Virus record (IMG/VR): IMGVR_UViG_3300040971_000087
Coordinates: 1-31,869 of that record
Length of the DNA: 31,869 nucleotides
Strand: one strand, 5' to 3'
From: a virus
Taxonomy: Duplodnaviria; Caudoviricetes
Part shown: positions 27,098 through 31,869 of the stretch, in pieces
Position numbering within the stretch: the stretch's first letter is position 1
Layout: each line of letters starts with the position of its first letter
Translations under genes and position numbers: made by a program
The notes under the pieces: generated by a model
What the model was told of the DNA's origin: nothing
Database searches by the model: none
The model's input: the letters and a program-made list of their open reading frames with translations, nothing else

Positions 27098-27487
27098 TCA
27101 GTTGATTTCAATATACGAACCTTGCTCGAGACACCAGTTCACGACCTCTAGGATTGCATAAACGAAGGAACCTGCATAATCATAGCAAGTGTCGTCGCCT
27201 AACCATCCATCATTGTAATCCAACAGTTCTTGGTAATACAGTGGGGCAGTAAGTGTATCGTCCTCAATGTATGCCATGTATTCGTCAATCTCATCTGTTG
27301 CGAATTGAATGTCAAAGCCCTCATTCAATATGATTGTCCCACCTGTATACTCCATATTTAATATTTCCAATGCGTGACAACAATCTGACTCACCGAGGAA
27401 ATATTGAAGATCATCATCTTCCTCAAAATCGGTTATGCCAGCCAATATCATTTGTTCCACTGTAGGTAATGTCAATTGTAATCTCAT
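27098..27487 (-). CDS. Highly acidic early protein
   Basis: 129 aa, about 29 D/E versus 1 K/R by hand count; GAGGAGG RBS. Confidence 0.75.
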   Translation of the reverse strand: MRLQLTLPTVEQMILAGITDFEEDDDLQYFLGESDCCHALEILNMEYTGGTIILNEGFDIQFATDEIDEYMAYIEDDTLTAPLYYQELLDYNDGWLGDDTCYDYAGSFVYAILEVVNWCLEQGSYIEIN

Positions 27488-27511
27488 CGGTTTACCTCCT
27501 CATTTATAATG

Positions 27512-27529
27512 GAGGGAGTTGCCTCCCTC
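27512..27529 (-). terminator. GC-rich intergenic hairpin
   Basis: GAGGGAG-ttgc-CTCCCTC between early genes; weak U-tract. Confidence 0.55.
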
Positions 27530-27535
27530 ATTTGT

Positions 27536-27763
27536 TTACCAACTTTGTGTTTCGCCGACAACCCAATCAAAATCATTAGGTACATCGGTTGAACCATCCA
27601 TATCAATTTCATCATTATTGATGAGTGTCTCAGCCCATTGATAAAATTGACCCATTTCAAACATACGTTGCGGGCTCAATAACATGATTGGGCCATGACC
27701 GAATTGCATCATTTCATCAATGTCAGTGAAGGCATTGATTATGTCAACATTAGGCAATCTCAT
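27536..27763 (-). CDS. Small acidic early protein
   Basis: 75 aa, about 14 D/E versus 2 R; GGAGG RBS. Confidence 0.7.
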   Translation of the reverse strand: MRLPNVDIINAFTDIDEMMQFGHGPIMLLSPQRMFEMGQFYQWAETLINNDEIDMDGSTDVPNDFDWVVGETQSW

Positions 27764-27792
27764 TTGTGTTCCTCCATTTCATAATTGTGCAT

Positions 27793-27823
27793 AAAAAAAA
27801 ATGAGGGGGGTGATGTTCCCCCC
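27793..27823 (-). terminator. Intrinsic terminator after the first early gene
   Basis: G6/C6 stem with a long A-run on the left (U-tract on - strand). Confidence 0.7.
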
Positions 27824-27829
27824 AATTTG

Positions 27830-28207
27830 TCATTTTGCAATTACATATTTGGTTGCAAAATATGACAAAATGTCATTTAATATCGGGTCATTTAATGTCC
27901 AGGTCCAATTTGATTTGTATTCATGACCCATTGTTTCGGCGAAATGTTTACGTAAGTGGCGTCGGATTGTTTTGCCCCCATCATTCAAATTGAATAATTT
28001 GTCAAGGGTGGCGGGTGTTACATTTGAATCAGTTGGCAATTTTGCAATAATTGGAGTGAGGTCAATTACATTTGATTTCGGTTCGGGTGTTGCATTTGAT
28101 TTCGGTTTTGATTTTGATTTGGGTGCGGTTTTTTTATTCAATTTGTCATTCTCAATTTTGTCAACTGCCTCATTCATTTCAAACCCATTCATCACATTTG
28201 ATTTCAT
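27830..28207 (-). CDS. First early gene, putative DNA-binding protein with PKS-repeat linker
   Basis: ATG 28207 with GGAGG RBS; C-terminal half resembles the 6709..7170 product. Confidence 0.7.
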   Translation of the reverse strand: MKSNVMNGFEMNEAVDKIENDKLNKKTAPKSKSKPKSNATPEPKSNVIDLTPIIAKLPTDSNVTPATLDKLFNLNDGGKTIRRHLRKHFAETMGHEYKSNWTWTLNDPILNDILSYFATKYVIAK

Positions 28208-28275
28208 TTGATACCTCCATTTAAAATTGTACATGCATACAATATCACGATTGATATTGATTTGGTTTATAATTC

Positions 28276-28304
28276 ATTATATCATGAATTGAATGACATG
28301 TCAA
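28276..28304 (-). promoter_or_regulatory. Strong consensus sigmaA early promoter with UP element
   Basis: TTGACA-17-TATAAT, TG-extended, AT tracts upstream. Confidence 0.9.
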
Positions 28305-28360
28305 TAAAAAAATTAAATTATTTTGTTTAATTTGTAAATAATTTTATGCATTGATTATGC

Positions 28361-28494
28361 ATTGCATACAATGTATAAATGAATCATGAATATATTGTAT
28401 GCAATTGGGTTGCATGCAAATGACATGCGCCCAATCATATTGTATGCAATTCAAATATCATGCATGACACCCACGCAATTAAATTGTATGCAAT
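28361..28494. repeat. 12-bp repeat ATTGTATGCAAT, three direct copies and one inverted
   Basis: Direct at 28394, 28439, 28483 (45 and 44 bp period); inverted ATTGCATACAAT at 28361. Confidence 0.85.
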
Positions 28495-28703
28495 GTATAT
28501 AACATGCATGTATACATTGTAATCATTTCATCATTGCACCCGTGACATATTGACCCCGGTATGAGCCCCATGGGGGTGGGGGTTTGCATTATATAGTGAT
28601 AGCACTTCACAAGCATCGACGCACGCTCTCACAACGACTACCCCATGTGCCCAATACCCCATCCCCAGTTTTATATAGAGAATCGAAATATTTTTTAAAA
28701 GTA

Positions 28704-28732
28704 TTGACAAGTGAGCGTGGATTTGATATAAT
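28704..28732 (+). promoter_or_regulatory. Consensus sigmaA promoter for the packaging/structural operon
   Basis: TTGACA-17-TATAAT, TG-extended. Confidence 0.85.
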
Positions 28733-28796
28733 GAACATGTAAAATAGACGGTTTTTTTCAAAAACTAGTCTATATTTTTTTAGAGAGGAGGAGAAA

Positions 28797-29183
28797 ATGG
28801 CTGAAATACCTGATAGACTCAAGGATAAGATGACCTTAATTTTAGAAGAGTTTGCCAAAACCGGTGTCATAGGCATTGCTGTGGACCTGGCTGGCGTTCG
28901 GAGAAAAGACCATTACCAGTGGTTGAAGGACTATGAAGACTACAAAGAGATGTATGACATAGTTAAAGATCGATTCGTTGATGGACTCGAAAGGGTAGCT
29001 ATCGAGAGAGCCAAAGAAAAATCTGACTCTCTGCTACAGATGATGCTTAAGGCCCACAGAAGAGAGGTCTATGGCGATACCTCTGAGGTAAACGTCAAGG
29101 GCTCTAATGCTGGTGGGATTCAGTTGGTTTTCGCCAGTGGTATGCTGAGTGAAGAAGAGAAGAAAATTCTCAGTAAGGAGTAA
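28797..29183 (+). CDS. terS: Terminase small subunit
   Basis: HTH-like N-terminus (G.I..A..LAGV.R...Y.W), SD.LL..MLKA.R.E.Y motif; directly upstream of terL. Confidence 0.8.
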   Translation: MAEIPDRLKDKMTLILEEFAKTGVIGIAVDLAGVRRKDHYQWLKDYEDYKEMYDIVKDRFVDGLERVAIERAKEKSDSLLQMMLKAHRREVYGDTSEVNVKGSNAGGIQLVFASGMLSEEEKKILSKE

Positions 29184-29186
29184 ATT

Positions 29187-30611
29187 ATGAGTAGGAGGCG
29201 TAGGTTAAGTCCACCTAGGAAACTAGCTACTTATGACCCTCACCCTCACCAGGTAGTCTTTCATGAGGATGGTCATAAATACCGGGCTTTAGTGTCTGGT
29301 GTTGGTGCTGGAAAGACGAGGATGGGTGTTGAGGAGGTTATTAAGTGGACTCAGTTGTATCCTGGGAGTCTTGGTGTAATTGGAAGACTTACTTCTAAGG
29401 CATTGAGAGAGACTACTCAGAGAAGATTTTTTGAGGTATGTCCTCCTGAACTTATTGAACATTATAACAAGTCTGAGGAACACTTATGGATTAAGACCAA
29501 TGCTGAGGATGAGGATGGCTGGCCTGTATTTAGTGAGATACTATTCTTTCACCTAGATGAGCCTGGACCGCTTGGATCTTTGGACATTAGCTATTTCTGG
29601 ATAGATGAGGCGCATGAGCCTGATGGTGCGGCTGTACCGGAGGAAACGTTCCAGATGCTGACTGCTAGACTTCGGCATCCTGTGGGTCCTTGGAGAGGGG
29701 TCGTGACCTCGAACTCTGGGGGTAAAAACTGGGTGTGGAGACGATTCTTTGATAGGCCGGCGACTGAGTACATTGGCTGGACGGTGCCTACTGAGGCTAA
29801 TGCTAAGTATTTGCCGCCTGGTTATGTTGAGGAGCTGAGACGTAATAACCCGGAGACTTGGGTGAAAAGATTCTTGGAGGCGTCGTTTGAGGCTTTCGAG
29901 GGTCAGATATTTGTGGACTTTGACGAGGAGTTGCACACTTATAGAACTGGTGAGGTTGAGTTGTCGCCTTTCTGGGACTATGGCGTAGGGTTTGACTTTG
30001 GTGTCACAGCCCCTACCGCTGCTGAATACGGTGCTGTAGATAGGGATGATAACATCTATATATTCGACGAGGACTATGAGCCTGACGCCGATATAAGCAG
30101 ATTCGCAGCTGGAGTGAAGCGGAGGGGCTTTGATATGGTGTGTGCTGACCCTTCGACAGTGAATAAGGGACCTAATAAGAAGAGTCCTGCTGACCTGTAC
30201 AATGAGGAGCATTTGTACTTAGTGCCTGCTCCGAATGACGTGGACTATTTTATTAGCTTATTTATTAAACTGTTGAGGATGCGCAATAAGGATGGTAGTG
30301 CTAAGATTAGGATAAATAGGGATAAGTGTAAACACTTGATTGAGCAGATTAAATCGGCTGCTTGGGACCCTAAATGTCTGTCGAATAAGACACTGGATAA
30401 AATGAAGAGAGTTGAGGACCATGCCTTGGATGCTTTTAAGTATTTCTTGAATACTTATGGTATGAACCCTGGCATGCTGAATCCTGTGGACCCAGGAGCT
30501 AAGAAGACCCGGAGAACTTGGGAGCATGAGAGCTTCGAGGAGGATGAGGATTTTGACGACCCTGACTATGAGTTCCAACAAATTAAGATGGAGGTGGAAG
30601 GTCTATGGTAA
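29187..30611 (+). CDS. terL: Terminase large subunit
   Basis: PHPHQ, GVGAGKT Walker A, FWIDEA Walker B, TSN coupling motif, GFDFG, ADPS, DHALDA.KY nuclease motifs. Confidence 0.95.
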   Translation: MSRRRRLSPPRKLATYDPHPHQVVFHEDGHKYRALVSGVGAGKTRMGVEEVIKWTQLYPGSLGVIGRLTSKALRETTQRRFFEVCPPELIEHYNKSEEHLWIKTNAEDEDGWPVFSEILFFHLDEPGPLGSLDISYFWIDEAHEPDGAAVPEETFQMLTARLRHPVGPWRGVVTSNSGGKNWVWRRFFDRPATEYIGWTVPTEANAKYLPPGYVEELRRNNPETWVKRFLEASFEAFEGQIFVDFDEELHTYRTGEVELSPFWDYGVGFDFGVTAPTAAEYGAVDRDDNIYIFDEDYEPDADISRFAAGVKRRGFDMVCADPSTVNKGPNKKSPADLYNEEHLYLVPAPNDVDYFISLFIKLLRMRNKDGSAKIRINRDKCKHLIEQIKSAAWDPKCLSNKTLDKMKRVEDHALDAFKYFLNTYGMNPGMLNPVDPGAKKTRRTWEHESFEEDEDFDDPDYEFQQIKMEVEGLW

Positions 30612-30754
30612 CATACTTGATTGTAGTGACTATGCTAATATTCTCTGGGCTATGTTACTATGCCGGAACTAAAGCAGTTAAGACTAAGGTTGAGGTTATG
30701 GGGATTGAGGACTTCATAATGGACCCTGTAAGTCCGGGTGATGAGGATGAGTAA
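30605..30754 (+). CDS. 49-aa membrane-anchored peptide between terL and portal (not in ORF track)
   Basis: MVTYLIVVTMLIFSGLCYYAGTKAVKTKVEVMGIEDFIMDPVSPGDEDE; GGAGGTGG upstream; overlaps both neighbours. Confidence 0.6.
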   Translation: MVTYLIVVTMLIFSGLCYYAGTKAVKTKVEVMGIEDFIMDPVSPGDEDE

Positions 30755-31869
30755 ATTATTTAATAAGAATAAGGATGAGTATGAGACTCCGGAGAAGGAA
30801 GTTAAATTACTGGACAAAATTAATGTTAGGCTGAGAGCTTCGCTGGAGCAGAGAGACACGCTGGGTATGCCGTCGATCTGGGCTCAAAATGAGAAGTATT
30901 GGGCTGGTGAGGTTAACTTGCCGGTTGAGGATACTGACATTGGCAGTGAGACGAATATTATTCAGCCTATTATTGAGAGCCAGGTTGCTGAGCTTGTGGA
31001 CGGACAGAATGATATCTTGGTCAAGGGTACTGGCCCGTCGGATCAGCCTTTTGCTAAGGACGTTAACCACATTCTTAACTTTGTCTGGCGTAAAAATAAG
31101 ATGGTCGTTAAATTTGATGAGGCGGAGAGAGACAGACTTAACTTGGGCAGTGTTACTTGGAAGGTTTACTGGGACCCTGACGCTATGAGAGGTAGAGGCT
31201 TACCTGTAATGGCTCCTGTGGCCATTGACCTATTCTTGCCTGATGCTAGAGTGACTAACCCGAGGGAGCTTCAGAAGGGTGACTATTGTATAGAGCTAAT
31301 CCCAATGACTACCAGACAGCTTCGTAAACAGTTTGGTGCTAAGGGTAAATTGGTTCAGGGCAATGGCTTAGTCATGTCTAATGAGGCCAGAGTCTTTGAC
31401 GACTCATCCAATAATAATCCTGTTATGAGAGACCAGGTGATGGTCATTGAATATTGGGAGAAGGATGATGATGATAAACTCAGACGAGTGTATTGTACTG
31501 AGGATGTTATCTTGGCTGATAGCTTTGATGAGGGACATGAGAGTTTCTATGCTCATGGTAAATTCCCTTATGTTACTATTCCTTGTTATTTGAGAAAAGG
31601 CAAATACTGGGGTATGAGTGACACTGAGCAATTGATTCCTATCCAAGATCTGATTAATGACTTGGACGACCAGATAGTTACTAACGCTAGAATGACTGGT
31701 AACAATCAGACTGTTGTTGCTACGAGCTCTGGCATTAACCTTAAGAAATGGACCAATAAGCCTGGGTTGAAAATTCCGAGCAAGGATGTTCAGGGATTTA
31801 AACAGGTGGTTCCGTATCATATTCCTGCTTATATACCACAGAGACGCGACAAGGCATTTCAGGAGTCTG
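30747..31869 (+). CDS. Portal protein, P22-like (truncated by window end; not in ORF track)
   Basis: Frame from ATG 30747 reads MSKLFNK...; NIIQPIIESQVA.L, G..TWKVYWD, HGKFPYV, WG.S..E.LIPIQD.IN; follows terL. Confidence 0.85.
   Translation, partial: MSKLFNKNKDEYETPEKEVKLLDKINVRLRASLEQRDTLGMPSIWAQNEKYWAGEVNLPVEDTDIGSETNIIQPIIESQVAELVDGQNDILVKGTGPSDQPFAKDVNHILNFVWRKNKMVVKFDEAERDRLNLGSVTWKVYWDPDAMRGRGLPVMAPVAIDLFLPDARVTNPRELQKGDYCIELIPMTTRQLRKQFGAKGKLVQGNGLVMSNEARVFDDSSNNNPVMRDQVMVIEYWEKDDDDKLRRVYCTEDVILADSFDEGHESFYAHGKFPYVTIPCYLRKGKYWGMSDTEQLIPIQDLINDLDDQIVTNARMTGNNQTVVATSSGINLKKWTNKPGLKIPSKDVQGFKQVVPYHIPAYIPQRRDKAFQES

Noticed and set aside
28060-28130. TTTGATTTCGGT tandem repeats as a separate element
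   Set aside because: They encode the PKS-rich linker of the first early protein.
28392-28494. Mini-CRISPR array (repeats separated by about 30 nt)
   Set aside because: Repeats are only 12-15 bp, one copy is inverted, the spacers share the same low-complexity words, and there is no cas operon.
28531-28876. Two - strand ORFs upstream of terS
   Set aside because: They overlap the terS promoter and start and have no recognisable features.

Overview
About 32 kb of a tailed dsDNA phage genome, probably podovirus-like (P22-type portal plus a giant ejected protein). The host is likely a low-GC Gram-positive (Bacillota), judged from sigmaA promoters with extended -10 boxes and GGAGG RBSs. Left to right: (1) end of the virion module, a 2170-aa polyvalent-type protein; (2) a leftward replication/recombination/nucleotide block: VRR-NUC, SSB, AAA annealing ATPase, PD-(D/E)XK nuclease, family A polymerase with an N-terminal UDG-like domain, dCMP deaminase, ATP ligase, two thymidylate-synthase-fold proteins, dCTPase/dUTPase, dNMP kinase, SNF2 helicase; (3) a rightward primase-helicase/DHH operon; (4) a palindromic AT-rich candidate origin where GC skew flips; (5) small leftward early genes; (6) a repeat-rich candidate genome end; (7) terS, terL and a truncated portal. 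Most striking: a probable pre-replicative pyrimidine-modification system whose two TS paralogues both carry the dCMP-type Asp, and a ~350-bp stretch with no AG or CT dinucleotide that ends a depletion gradient across the early genes. All protein calls are by-eye motif recognition; no database search was run.
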